Shown here: positions 1 through 9,672 of the stretch, in pieces
Position numbering within the stretch: the first letter of the stretch is position 1
Layout of the letters: every line of letters starts with the position of its first letter
Program-made: the position numbers and the translations under genes
The notes under the pieces: generated by a model
What the model saw: the letters and a program-made list of their open reading frames with translations, nothing else
Databases searched by the model: none
Told to the model about the DNA's origin: nothing
Origin: Nitrosarchaeum sp.
GTDB taxonomy: Archaea > Thermoproteota > Nitrososphaeria > Nitrososphaerales > Nitrosopumilaceae
Length of the DNA stretch: 64,000 nt
Direction of reading: 5' to 3'
Assembly (NCBI GenBank): GCA_965223865.1
Contig: OZ245020.1
Location: 1,248,001 to 1,312,000 of the forward strand

Positions 1-1132
1 TCATTCTCTCTTCAAGCTCGTTTCTTTTTTCAATTCTTGTACTACCTGAAGATAATTCTAAATCGCCAAACATCAAATCAAATGATTCAGAAATTTTTGG
101 ATTCTCTTTACTTTCTTTAACATAAAATGGCTTTGGACCCATCGGCCAATCTTTGATAAAATAAAATCCTTCCAATCCAATTTTTTTGAGATTTGACGGA
201 TAAAGATCATCTCCCCATTCAGTCTTTGCACCTGCTTTTTGCATTTTTTCAACTAGTTCATCATACGAGTATCTTGGAATATTTTCTGGAGTTTTAGGAA
301 TTGCAAATTCAACGTTTGAATTATTTTTTGCATAATCATTTACTGTTTGAATAGAAATTTTGATAATATCTTCTATTCTATTCATCACATCATTATAATC
401 AACAAAGGCTTCTTCCAAGTCAATTGAAATTGCCTCAGCAAGGTGACGATTAGTTCGTGATGGTTCTGCTCTAAAAATTGGAGCAATTTCAAAGACCTTT
501 TCAAAACTCATTGTTAATTGTTCTTTATACAATTGTGGGCTTTGAGCCAAGAATGCTTCTTTGTTGTAATAAAAAATTGGAAATAAAGCCGCACCTCCTT
601 CTGTTGCAGTTGCAATCATCTTTGGCGTGTTTATCTCTGTAAATTTCTGTACATAAAAATAATCTCTAATTGATTTTATAACCTGACTTCGAACATTAAA
701 GATATCTTGTAAAACTTTACGTCGCAAATCAATCGGTCTGACCTCCAGTCTTGTGTCTATGTTTTTTACAGTCTTTGCTACTGGCTCAAAAGGTGGAATC
801 TTTTCAACTTCTGAAAACACTCTTAGCTTAGATGGTACGATCTCATAGCCTGAAGGTGCCTTTTCTGATGCTTTCACCTTGCCGGAAATTGCAATAGAGG
901 AATGAGCCTTGAGAGATGACAATTTTTCTCTTACATCATCTGGGCAATCTCCTTTTTTGGCAACAATTGATATTTGGCCATTTTTGTCTTGAATGGTTAC
1001 AAAGGAAATATTTCCATGCCCTCTAATCGTTAAAACCCATCCCATTACGGTAACATCAGATCCATCTATTGATGCATTTAGTTCACTTGAATAGTGAGAT
1101 CTGCGTAATGTTCCAAGTTCTGTTTCTATCAT
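1..1132 (-). CDS. aspS: Aspartyl-tRNA synthetase (archaeal, probably non-discriminating); C-terminus runs off the window
   Basis: Manual translation from ATG at 1132: MIETELGTLRRSHYS...VMGWV..RGHG (OB fold), TEGGA, LAQSPQLYKEQL, class II motif 2 FRAEPSRTNRHL. Absent from the ORF track because the stop codon is outside the window. Confidence 0.95.
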   Translation of the reverse strand, partial: MIETELGTLRRSHYSSELNASIDGSDVTVMGWVLTIRGHGNISFVTIQDKNGQISIVAKKGDCPDDVREKLSSLKAHSSIAISGKVKASEKAPSGYEIVPSKLRVFSEVEKIPPFEPVAKTVKNIDTRLEVRPIDLRRKVLQDIFNVRSQVIKSIRDYFYVQKFTEINTPKMIATATEGGAALFPIFYYNKEAFLAQSPQLYKEQLTMSFEKVFEIAPIFRAEPSRTNRHLAEAISIDLEEAFVDYNDVMNRIEDIIKISIQTVNDYAKNNSNVEFAIPKTPENIPRYSYDELVEKMQKAGAKTEWGDDLYPSNLKKIGLEGFYFIKDWPMGPKPFYVKESKENPKISESFDLMFGDLELSSGSTRIEKRNELEERM

Positions 1133-1272
1133 AATTTACTAGATTGCCTTTTACTGGTGTAATTAATTTTTACACGGAAAACAGGTACATTTTCTTTAAT
1201 TTGGATATTCTTTAGGTTATAATTTCTGAAAAGTAACATTTATCATAAGAAAATAATCCAATCCAAAACAAG

Positions 1273-1464
1273 TTGGATATACTAATGGCAATAGTAATTG
1301 CCTTCATAATAATCGTCGCAGGATATGTTGGGTATCATGCCTCACAGGATGCAGGATATGAAAAAGAAGCAGATGCACACAGTATTTTGCCTGAATCTCA
1401 AATTCATTCTTACAAATTCTCGCAAATGATCCAAATTGAACCCGATCAGATCATAATTCGATAA
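1273..1464 (+). CDS. Small membrane-anchored hypothetical protein
   Basis: N-terminal hydrophobic helix. Confidence 0.55.
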   Translation: MDILMAIVIAFIIIVAGYVGYHASQDAGYEKEADAHSILPESQIHSYKFSQMIQIEPDQIIIR

Positions 1465-1492
1465 TTTTAGGATTTTTAGATTAAATTACTGT

Positions 1493-1720
1493 ATGTATTA
1501 TCGATTTTACATGACATTAACTGATAAAGAAAAAGCAATTGCGATAATTTCAAATGGTATTGCTGTTTTCTCTCTATACCAAGAAAGAGGAGAATTGCCT
1601 GAAAATGTTACAATGTATGACTTTATTCTTAAAACAATTCCACAAAACATCAAAGGAGAACTTAGTGCCCAATTAATTGATGAGGTTTTTGGGTATGTTT
1701 CCTCCGCACACAGTTCATAA
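1493..1720 (+). CDS. Hypothetical protein (start may be the ATG of MTLTDKEK at 1511)
   Basis: ORF with natural composition between genes on the same strand. Confidence 0.65.
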   Translation: MYYRFYMTLTDKEKAIAIISNGIAVFSLYQERGELPENVTMYDFILKTIPQNIKGELSAQLIDEVFGYVSSAHSS

Positions 1721-1747
1721 AGTACAAAGAAATAGGTAAAATATCAT

Positions 1748-2773
1748 ATGATATCAGTTGCTACACTTGGTTCTCATTGTGCACTTCAAGTTCTAAAGGG
1801 TGCAAAAGATGAGGGACTAAAGACCCTTCTAGTTTGTGAGAAAAAACGTGAGAAACTATACCGAAGATTTCCCTTTATTGATGAATTGATTCTTGTAGAT
1901 TCTTTTTCAGAAGTTTTAGACCAGAGATGTCAATCGATTCTGGAGCAAAACAATGCAGTAATTATTCCTCATGGAACTTTAATTGCACAGATGACCTCTG
2001 AGCAAATCGAATCGATAAAGACCCCCATTTTTGGAAATAAGTGGATTCTAAGGTGGGAATCAGACAGAGAGATGAAAGAAAAACTCATGAGAGAAGCAAG
2101 TCTTCCTGTACCAACTCCAGTTTCTAATCCAAAAGATATCGACAAACTTGTAATTGTAAAAAGACAGGGAGCAGCAGGTGGCAAAGGATACTTTATGGCT
2201 GCAAATGAACAAGATTACCACACCAAAAGAAATCAACTAATTTCAGAAGGAGTGATTTCTAAGGATGAAACATTATACATTCAAGAATATGCTGCAGGCG
2301 TTTTGGCTTACTTGCAATTCTTTTATTCACCACTAAAACAAGAATTAGAATTTTTTGGTGTTGATCAAAGACACGAATCAGACATTGAAGGACTTGCAAG
2401 AATTCCATCTCAACAACAACTAAAAAGTGACAAGGTTCCCTCCTTTAATGTAATTGGAAACAGTCCGCTTGTTTTACGAGAATCCCTGCTTGATGAAGTG
2501 TATACAATGGGAGATAATTTTGTAGAAGCTGCTAAGAGACTTGTTTCTCCTGGAATGAATGGTCCATTCTGCATAGAAGGAGTGTATGATGAGAATGCAA
2601 AATTTACTTCCTTTGAATTTTCAGCAAGAATTGTGGCTGGAACCAACATCTACATGGATGGCTCTCCGTACTATTCTTTACTTTATGGTGAACACATGAG
2701 CATGGGGAAACGAATTGCTCGGGAAATAAACACTGCTGATCAAAATAATCTTTTAGATAAAGTTACAACCTAA
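1748..2773 (+). CDS. purP: PurP-family ATP-grasp FAICAR synthetase (formate-dependent)
   Basis: ATLGSHCALQ, IIPHGT, GGKGYF, FEFSARIVAGTN, SMGKRIARE motifs. Confidence 0.9.
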   Translation: MISVATLGSHCALQVLKGAKDEGLKTLLVCEKKREKLYRRFPFIDELILVDSFSEVLDQRCQSILEQNNAVIIPHGTLIAQMTSEQIESIKTPIFGNKWILRWESDREMKEKLMREASLPVPTPVSNPKDIDKLVIVKRQGAAGGKGYFMAANEQDYHTKRNQLISEGVISKDETLYIQEYAAGVLAYLQFFYSPLKQELEFFGVDQRHESDIEGLARIPSQQQLKSDKVPSFNVIGNSPLVLRESLLDEVYTMGDNFVEAAKRLVSPGMNGPFCIEGVYDENAKFTSFEFSARIVAGTNIYMDGSPYYSLLYGEHMSMGKRIAREINTADQNNLLDKVTT

Positions 2774-3254
2774 TTAGAGGTTTTATTCTTACAATCACTG
2801 TTACTATTGTAATTAAAAGTGCAAATCCTAGTATTGCTCCAAATGGAAATTCAGGAATCACATGTGTTCCTATAATTTCAACTTCCTCGGTAAACTCTGG
2901 AATATAAAAAGAAAATTTTGAACTGTCTGAATCTGAAATCATCTCATAATCTATTTCATATCCATTTACTAGTATTGCAAACTCGTTGTTCTCAGCATTT
3001 ATCATCTCATGTTGTAAATCAATTTCAAAAATAGAGTTTTTAGAATTTTCAAGACCTATAAGTAAAGATGTCAATTCAGGATCGATTGCCATGGCAAGAA
3101 CTTTGGCATCGACATTATATGGAATAGAATATGTATGTTCATCAATAACAAGTACATACTCTAAGGGATTTTCAACCCCCACATAATTCAAATGTGATTC
3201 AGCAAAGACAGGTATTGGAAATAAAAATAGTGAAAACATGAAAAGATACTTCAT
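2763..3254 (-). CDS. Secreted/surface protein with PEFG-CTERM-like sorting tail
   Basis: Signal peptide; C-terminal IIGTHVIPEFP followed by a TM helix and basic residues. Confidence 0.8.
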   Translation of the reverse strand: MKYLFMFSLFLFPIPVFAESHLNYVGVENPLEYVLVIDEHTYSIPYNVDAKVLAMAIDPELTSLLIGLENSKNSIFEIDLQHEMINAENNEFAILVNGYEIDYEMISDSDSSKFSFYIPEFTEEVEIIGTHVIPEFPFGAILGFALLITIVTVIVRIKPLIRL

Positions 3255-3667
3255 TTATTAAAAATCAGTTAATCATCTATTAGAGTATTTTTTTGATTTA
3301 CACTATACTATAGAAATTTTCCTTTCATTTGTGTTATTTTTGGGGCTAGTTTTTTTGGAATTTTTAGGTAAATCCAGCTGGTTAGCATATCATCTAGACT
3401 TGTTTAAGATAATTAGCAGTTTGCTTGCCTTTTCCATTATATGAGAATGTAATTTTTCAATTAAAGAACAAAGTAAACGATGGAATGCAATTGAAAATTG
3501 AATATTTCTAGTCATAAAGCGATCAATATCTGTTAATTGCTTAGCATTATGAAAAATCATGAAATAATTTAATGAAATATTTCTTTGAATTATCTACAAG
3601 ATTGAGTTGTTTATTTAATGATTTCATAATTTTACAAAAATTGATAAAAGCAGTCTTTTGATGAGAG

Positions 3668-4021
3668 TTGATGACTGATTTTATTCATCAACCTTACAAA
3701 ACTATCTATGTTAGAGACATGATAAAGATGAGCCTAGATGACCTTCTAAACATGATGTCTACTTTAGAGTCAGGTAATGCCTATTGGATTGATGGAGTCC
3801 TTTTTGCCAGTTTTGCAATGACAGACTCTGAAGAATTGGCAAAAAAAGAGATTCAAGGAGAAACATATCTTGATAAAATTATTTTTGCAAAATATGAAAA
3901 ATACACAAAAACTGCAAAATCCTCTACGAATCTTGAAATCAATATTTTAAATGTTCAAAAAAGTTGTCTTTATGGAGATTTGATAAAATGGTTAAAACAA
4001 CAACCCATTTGGAATGAATGA
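3668..4021 (+). CDS. Conserved archaeal hypothetical protein
   Basis: ORF with YWIDGVLF core. Confidence 0.7.
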   Translation: MMTDFIHQPYKTIYVRDMIKMSLDDLLNMMSTLESGNAYWIDGVLFASFAMTDSEELAKKEIQGETYLDKIIFAKYEKYTKTAKSSTNLEINILNVQKSCLYGDLIKWLKQQPIWNE

Positions 4022-4074
4022 TAATTTTAAAATTCAATCCACATCATCACAAATTTTCTAATAGTTTCTCTTAA

Positions 4075-4860
4075 CTATTTTGCAGCAACTTCCATTCCGT
4101 GCTGGGATTTTATAATGTACTTGTCACGGATTTTTACACTTGCCCAATCAATAATTAAAACTGTTATGAGTACTACAATCATAAAGACAGCTGCTTTTCC
4201 ATACTCAAAGAATTTGATATAGTTAATGATGTAAAATCCAATTCCACCAGCACCTACAAGACCCAAGATACTAGTTTGTCTTACATTATAATCAAACATG
4301 TAGAGCATCTGACTTAGGAGATGTGGTGCTGATTCAGGCAATACCACATATCTGATTAACTGCCATTTTGAAACCCCAATTGAGCTTACAGCATCCATTG
4401 GATCTGAATCAATTGTCTCAATTGCCTCATACTGTAATTTTGCGACAAAGCCTATTGTATACATGATAATTGCCAATACTCCCGCAAATGGTCCTAATCC
4501 AACCATGATGACAAACAAAATTGCCCATAGAATTGATGGGAAGGTTCTGATTGCTGCAAGAATAGCTCTAACTGGTGCATAGACATATTTGCTGTTTAGG
4601 TTTCGTGCTGCAAACATACTAAGTGGTAATGAAATAACAACTCCCACTAGTGTTCCGATAAACGCCATCTGTATTGTCTCAAACATTGACCAAAATGCTG
4701 TCTCAAATAATTCTGGTTTTACTTCTGTAATCTCTTCGGCAACTATTGCTAGGTTGGGTAATCCCTGTATGAACTCAATTGGATTTGCCTCTATATTGTA
4801 AGAGGCTGCAACAAAAAGTGCAATGATTACTCCAATTATGAGATTATTTTTGGGAGTCGT
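4075..4860 (-). CDS. phnE: Phosphonate/phosphite/phosphate ABC permease PhnE/PtxC-type; start probably ACG at 4860
   Basis: EAA-type loop (EAIETID..PMDAV..IG), NVRQTSILGLVGAGGIG; frame is open upstream of the listed ATG (4686) and encodes a first TM helix. Confidence 0.85.
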   Translation of the reverse strand, partial: TTPKNNLIIGVIIALFVAASYNIEANPIEFIQGLPNLAIVAEEITEVKPELFETAFWSMFETIQMAFIGTLVGVVISLPLSMFAARNLNSKYVYAPVRAILAAIRTFPSILWAILFVIMVGLGPFAGVLAIIMYTIGFVAKLQYEAIETIDSDPMDAVSSIGVSKWQLIRYVVLPESAPHLLSQMLYMFDYNVRQTSILGLVGAGGIGFYIINYIKFFEYGKAAVFMIVVLITVLIIDWASVKIRDKYIIKSQHGMEVAAK

Positions 4861-5674
4861 CTGAATACATCTCCATAATTTCTTCTGTAGTAAAATTTCC
4901 TGTTTGAAAATCTACGATTTTATCTCCTTCCACTCCAATCTCGAGAATTTTCTCCCCATCTTTAATAACGGCCACTCGATTTGCATACTCTAATGCAAGC
5001 TGCATATCATGATGAACCATAATTGCAGTAAGATTCATTGTCTTTTGTGCATCTGCAATCAAATCCATTATTTCTCTAGCAGTAACATGATCTAATTCTG
5101 AAACAATCTCATCTGCTAACAACAAGGTTGGTTTTTGCATAAATGCACGAGCTATTGCGACTCTTCGTTTTTCACCACCACTTAACATGTATGCCTTTCT
5201 ATTCTCTTTTCCTTCAAGGCCAACTTTTCTTAGAATTTTTTTAGCTTCTGCAATTTCTTCTTCAGGAAATATCTTGAATAATGACTGAACTTTTCCCATT
5301 CTAGGTAATGCTCCAATCAAAGTATTTTCAAGAACTGTAATGTTTTTTATCAGACCTAGACTCTGTGGTATGTATCCAATTTTATGCATCATTAATTTGA
5401 ATTTCTTATCGTTCATGTTTGGCGTTTGATAGTCAATTTTGATTGTACCTTTACTTGGTTTCATCATTCCATTCATCAATTTAAGCAAAGTTGATTTTCC
5501 AGAACCTGATTGACCTACTATGGCATAGTTTGTTCCTCTATCAATTGAAAGATTAATTCCTTTTAGGGCAAAATTTTTTGAATCATATGACGTATAGACA
5601 TCATTCATTTGAATAATTTTTTTTGTAGAAATTAAAGAAAAAGAAGATGTTTTAGTCATCTGTATTAGTTCCAT
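4844..5674 (-). CDS. phnC: Phosphonate-type ABC ATPase
   Basis: Walker A GQSGSGKS, LSGGE signature, LLLADE Walker B. Confidence 0.9.
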   Translation of the reverse strand: MELIQMTKTSSFSLISTKKIIQMNDVYTSYDSKNFALKGINLSIDRGTNYAIVGQSGSGKSTLLKLMNGMMKPSKGTIKIDYQTPNMNDKKFKLMMHKIGYIPQSLGLIKNITVLENTLIGALPRMGKVQSLFKIFPEEEIAEAKKILRKVGLEGKENRKAYMLSGGEKRRVAIARAFMQKPTLLLADEIVSELDHVTAREIMDLIADAQKTMNLTAIMVHHDMQLALEYANRVAVIKDGEKILEIGVEGDKIVDFQTGNFTTEEIMEMYSDDSQK

Positions 5675-5691
5675 TTCTGGCTCTACCGTTT

Positions 5692-6783
5692 TTATTTGCT
5701 CTTGTTGTATTTGTCCAAGATTAGCTGGTCTAATCCAGTTAAGGCATTAATGAATGTGCCAAAGTCACCAATATGCATGCTAGTTGTGGTTGGAACCAGT
5801 GCTTCAGCACCATAAAGATCCTTCAATATCTTGTTGTTCTCATCATAGTTTAGCTCAATTAGAGCATCAACTAGAGCATTTTTAGTAGAATCTGACATGC
5901 TTTCACTTACCATAAACACATGAGATGGTACTGGACCTATTGTAGTTACAGGACGTAATTTTTGTTGGTCTTCAAGTTCGAGATATTTTTGTGGAGCAAT
6001 ATCTGAACCAAATGCTACATCGACCTTTTCATTGAGGAGTAACTCTAATGCTGCTTTGTACCCTCCTGCAAAGGTATAACTCTCAAAGTTTTCTCCAAGT
6101 GCAGATTCTAAAGCAATAATATCTTCTCCTTCAATATTCACATGCCCTTCCGTCACTAATGTTCCCATTGGTCTAACAAAACCAGATGAACCAGTAATAC
6201 TCGTGAATGCAACTTTTTTACCAAGTGTGTCTTCTAGTGTTTGAATAGAGTCATTATTTGCTGTTGTCCATACTGTTGCTTGGTAGTTGACTTTGCCTGC
6301 TACAAGCTCTGCTAATACTGCCTCTGCACCAGTTCTCTCATGAGTAATCCATGCTGGACCTGTATCCATAAAGGCAGCATCAATGTGGCCAAATCTCATT
6401 CCTTCAATAATTGTCTCATAGTTTGTTGGAATTACCAATTCCACATCAACCCCAAGCTCATTTTCAAGAAATTTTTCCAACTCTTCAGCTTTTGGAGTTA
6501 ACTCATCTGCTTTTTCTACCGGGATAAAGCCTATGGTAATTTTATTCACATCTGGAGTTTGTCCACCCGATGAAACATTGATGACACCACTCTCAATTAA
6601 GAATTCAATACCATTGAGAAAAGTTTTATCATCGACTTGTCCCTCGGACCACCATTTTGCATTATTTTTAATCCATTCAGGGATTAAGTTTTGAGCATCT
6701 ACAGTTTGTGTAGTTAATGGAACAGTTGTTGCACTAATTACTGCTAATGCAGCAAAAAGTGTAAGAGCTGTTTGTCGTTTCAT
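5692..6783 (-). CDS. phnD: PhnD-family substrate-binding protein with N-terminal thaumarchaeal IPxWIKNNAxWW domain
   Basis: Signal peptide; YETIIEGMRFGHIDAAF, AFTSITGSSGF motifs; operon with phnC/phnE. Confidence 0.85.
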   Translation of the reverse strand: MKRQTALTLFAALAVISATTVPLTTQTVDAQNLIPEWIKNNAKWWSEGQVDDKTFLNGIEFLIESGVINVSSGGQTPDVNKITIGFIPVEKADELTPKAEELEKFLENELGVDVELVIPTNYETIIEGMRFGHIDAAFMDTGPAWITHERTGAEAVLAELVAGKVNYQATVWTTANNDSIQTLEDTLGKKVAFTSITGSSGFVRPMGTLVTEGHVNIEGEDIIALESALGENFESYTFAGGYKAALELLLNEKVDVAFGSDIAPQKYLELEDQQKLRPVTTIGPVPSHVFMVSESMSDSTKNALVDALIELNYDENNKILKDLYGAEALVPTTTSMHIGDFGTFINALTGLDQLILDKYNKSK

Positions 6784-6809
6784 TTTATTAAAAACCTTAG
6801 GACCAGCTA

Positions 6810-6849
6810 AGTTATTTAAATTAGATATTCATTCTATATTCTCATTCTA
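6810..6849 (-). promoter_or_regulatory. phnD promoter: TATA-like TTTAAATAACT with upstream TAGAATGAGAAT motif
   Basis: The same two elements recur at 7589-7623. Confidence 0.55.
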
Positions 6850-6879
6850 GAGACTTGGAATAAGTATGGAAAAATAAGA

Positions 6880-7230
6880 TTAATCTGATTGTGGTTTGTT
6901 GCTTGTGTTAGGATATAGATTTAAGCTTGGTTCTAAATCATTTATTGTGATTTCTACTTTTCCTATCCTACTTCTGTATTGTTTTATTTTTTTTCCTTCA
7001 TTAGATATGATGAATTGATCCACTTCTGCCAATGCAAGATCTTCTAGATTTGCTAAGGTTTTGTAAACTGTAGAAAGAGAAATTTTTAATTCATCTGCAA
7101 TTTGATTTGCATCTTTTGGAGTTTCTTTGATTGAAAATAATACTGCACGAGTACAAACATTACTAAGTGATTCTATAATTTTTTGAGTAATATCAAATTC
7201 GCTTAATTGAATTATGTTTGGTTTTGACAT
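6880..7230 (-). CDS. ArsR-like winged-HTH regulator
   Basis: ANQIADELKISLSTVYKTLANLE helix-turn-helix. Confidence 0.85.
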   Translation of the reverse strand: MSKPNIIQLSEFDITQKIIESLSNVCTRAVLFSIKETPKDANQIADELKISLSTVYKTLANLEDLALAEVDQFIISNEGKKIKQYRSRIGKVEITINDLEPSLNLYPNTSNKPQSD

Positions 7231-7237
7231 GGGTCAT

Positions 7238-7567
7238 CTAATTTGGAACTAAATTTAGTGTAGGTTCTGGCTTTTTAATACTAATATCCGCCTTTGAAAT
7301 TCTGCTTCGGTAAACCTTAAATTTCCTTCCCTTGTCTGAAAGCATCCATTTTTCTACTTCAATTAATGTAAGCTCTTCAAGATCAGCTAATTTTTTGTAA
7401 ACAGAACTGAGTGGAATCTTTAGTTTTTCAGATAATTCAGATGCCGTTTTTCCAGATTTTGTGATTGAAAATAATATGGCTCTTGATTCTGCATCTGCAA
7501 GTGCTTCAATTACTTTTTGAGTGATGTCATATTTTTTTAATTGTGGTAATGTGAGTCGCTTTGGCAT
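7238..7567 (-). CDS. ArsR-like winged-HTH regulator (paralog of 6880-7230)
   Basis: ASELSEKLKIPLSSVYKKLADLE; shares DITQK.IE.L and YRSRI.K. Confidence 0.85.
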   Translation of the reverse strand: MPKRLTLPQLKKYDITQKVIEALADAESRAILFSITKSGKTASELSEKLKIPLSSVYKKLADLEELTLIEVEKWMLSDKGRKFKVYRSRISKADISIKKPEPTLNLVPN

Positions 7568-7588
7568 ATGAAATGAGATTTATGGATG

Positions 7589-7623
7589 AGTTATTTAAAC
7601 GAGATGGTGTAATTCTCATTCTA
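7589..7623 (-). promoter_or_regulatory. Promoter of the wHTH pair, with the same TTTAAATAACT and TAGAATGAGAAT elements
   Basis: Exact 11-nt and 12-nt matches to the phnD upstream region. Confidence 0.55.
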
Positions 7624-7636
7624 TAGATTTAGAATA

Positions 7637-8365
7637 TTAACTCTGTCTGGTAATTTCTTGTTCGGGTTTAAAATGATTCCAGAGCATTCCCAAAATTAAA
7701 GCAACTGAAATCCAAAATGCTGAAACCCCAAGAACAGACACTACCCTGAATCCTTCTACCAGATCTGCTGGAGCTGATACCTCATCAGGATTTTCTGGCA
7801 TTACAACAAAAACTATTGACATGAAAACAGCATAACCTATTAAAGCAATGAATTTCTTTTTGTTCTGGAATTTTTTAGATAATCTGTAAAATCCTACTGC
7901 TGCAAATCCAGAAATTGCAATAAAGGAAACGTATAGGATTGCTCGTAATACTACCGTTTCAGTTTCTCCCACAGTTGGAGGGTTTGCAGGATATTTTAAG
8001 AATGGAATAAAATACAATGTAAGCCACATTACTCCAGCTAAAGCTAGAGCCTTTTTCACATCATTACTTCCAGGAAGTGAATTTTTTGATAACGCAAATA
8101 CGATTCCAAATAATGCTCCCACAGAGGTACCTAAAATAACCCCTGCTAAAATCTGGCCACTCTTCTGCCAAGTTCTATATCCTTCGTATTCTATCCAAAA
8201 CTCCAAGGTATCTTCTTCCTCACCTGAATCAAACAGATTTTGATTTTCAATTCCTATCGCTTGGTCTAGATAGGGTTCTACAATTGCAAAATTAACTGCT
8301 CCATGAACCAACCCTGCAAACGCACCTGAAACTAGAACAATTATTAGAAAAAGAAATGTTTTCAT
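7637..8365 (-). CDS. cbtA: Cobalt transporter subunit CbtA
   Basis: EPYLDQAI..E, PFLKYPANPPTVG motifs; multiple TM helices. Confidence 0.85.
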   Translation of the reverse strand: MKTFLFLIIVLVSGAFAGLVHGAVNFAIVEPYLDQAIGIENQNLFDSGEEEDTLEFWIEYEGYRTWQKSGQILAGVILGTSVGALFGIVFALSKNSLPGSNDVKKALALAGVMWLTLYFIPFLKYPANPPTVGETETVVLRAILYVSFIAISGFAAVGFYRLSKKFQNKKKFIALIGYAVFMSIVFVVMPENPDEVSAPADLVEGFRVVSVLGVSAFWISVALILGMLWNHFKPEQEITRQS

Positions 8366-8376
8366 GATATTAACCC

Positions 8377-8592
8377 TTAATGACAGGGAAATCCTGCGGC
8401 ATGCCTCATATCATGAGTTAGCTCATGAATGTACAAGTCATCAAAAGCTTGTTCACCATAAACTAGGCTAAAGATATGTCCCTGGTCAAATCCAACAATA
8501 AACAATCCTGCTGCAAAAACTACAGCCAATGCAACGATTGCAATAGTTGGAATGCCTTTCTTTGAGACTGTTATTTGTCTTGATTCAGACAT
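8377..8592 (-). CDS. cbtB: Cobalt transporter subunit CbtB
   Basis: C-terminal HELTHDMRHAAGFPCH signature. Confidence 0.9.
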   Translation of the reverse strand: MSESRQITVSKKGIPTIAIVALAVVFAAGLFIVGFDQGHIFSLVYGEQAFDDLYIHELTHDMRHAAGFPCH

Positions 8593-9002
8593 GATGTTGG
8601 CACCAGATGTTTGTATTTAAATTCTTGGACCATTTATCCAATTAATAAATAATAGAAAAGTATTGATGAATATATTTCAGATCTATATTGTAAATTTGAT
8701 CTTTTCTCTTCTAATTATTGGCGATATCTACAAAAAATTGGAACGCTTTTTTCAATTTAATTTTCTGCATTTTAACAATTTTTGATCCATTTATGTAAAA
8801 GTTGTTGATCCAAACTTGTAATAATTTGGGAATTAAGGCACATCAAAAAATAATTTTTTTAACATAAATTGACAATCCCTCTTTTGAACAAACTATCACT
8901 ATTCATATTTTTTGAAAAATTCTGATTTTGTAATAATTAAAAAATTTTATTTTGTTCAAGATTTTTATTGAATTTATATGGAAACACAACAAAGTCAAAT
9001 TT

Positions 9003-9632
9003 GTGAGGAAAAATATTCAAACCTTACAAAATATAGTTTCCAGAAAAGGCTCTAGCAAAATTCTAACATTTAGCATTCCTCATGTTTTCAAGGCATTGCA
9101 ATTATTATCTGATGATAAATTTGTAAGTAGGGCTACATTTAGCAGAGAAATTCATCTAGGTGAAGGAGCAGTTAAAACATTAATTTTACATCTCAAAGAA
9201 GCAGGAATGGTTGATTCTACAAAATCAGGAACGTTTCTAACAGAAAAAGGTCAGCAATTTATTAAACAAATTAAAAAAGTATTACCTAAAGAATGCACTA
9301 TAAAAAAATCTAAGATAATTCAAGGTAAATTTAATCATGCTATATTACTTCGAAAATATTCTCATTTCATTAAAACAGGATTGGAACAGAGAGATTATGC
9401 AATTCTTTATGGCTCATCGGGTTGCACCACAATATTATTCAAAAACAATCAATTTGTCTTTCCAGGAGATGAGAGAGATTGTTTTGTAAATGATATCTCT
9501 ACAAAAAATAAACTTGCAGAAAAATTGTCTCCGCAAGAAAAAGATGTGATAATTATTTCGTCCTCTGATGATCCTTTTGTCGCAGAAATCTCAGCAAAAA
9601 ATTCAGCATTATGGACACTTGCCACAAGTTAA
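9003..9632 (+). CDS. Winged-HTH regulator (DUF4443/DUF2111-like)
   Basis: SR..FSREIHLGEGAVKTL..HL HTH; GLEQRDYAI..G..G..T motif; GTG start inferred. Confidence 0.7.
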   Translation: MRKNIQTLQNIVSRKGSSKILTFSIPHVFKALQLLSDDKFVSRATFSREIHLGEGAVKTLILHLKEAGMVDSTKSGTFLTEKGQQFIKQIKKVLPKECTIKKSKIIQGKFNHAILLRKYSHFIKTGLEQRDYAILYGSSGCTTILFKNNQFVFPGDERDCFVNDISTKNKLAEKLSPQEKDVIIISSSDDPFVAEISAKNSALWTLATS

Positions 9633-9672
9633 TCTCGATAAACTATTTACTTGAAATAAAAACCGCAATTGC

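Noticed and set aside
1969-2649. Antisense ORFs inside purP (and similar ones inside ilvD, the helicase, copA, trp genes and thrS)
   Set aside because: Shadow frames of well-supported genes with no motifs of their own
8593-8950. Possible cobalamin riboswitch upstream of cbtB
   Set aside because: Region is extremely AT-rich with no B12-box or stable stems, and a TATA box sits about 25 nt from the start
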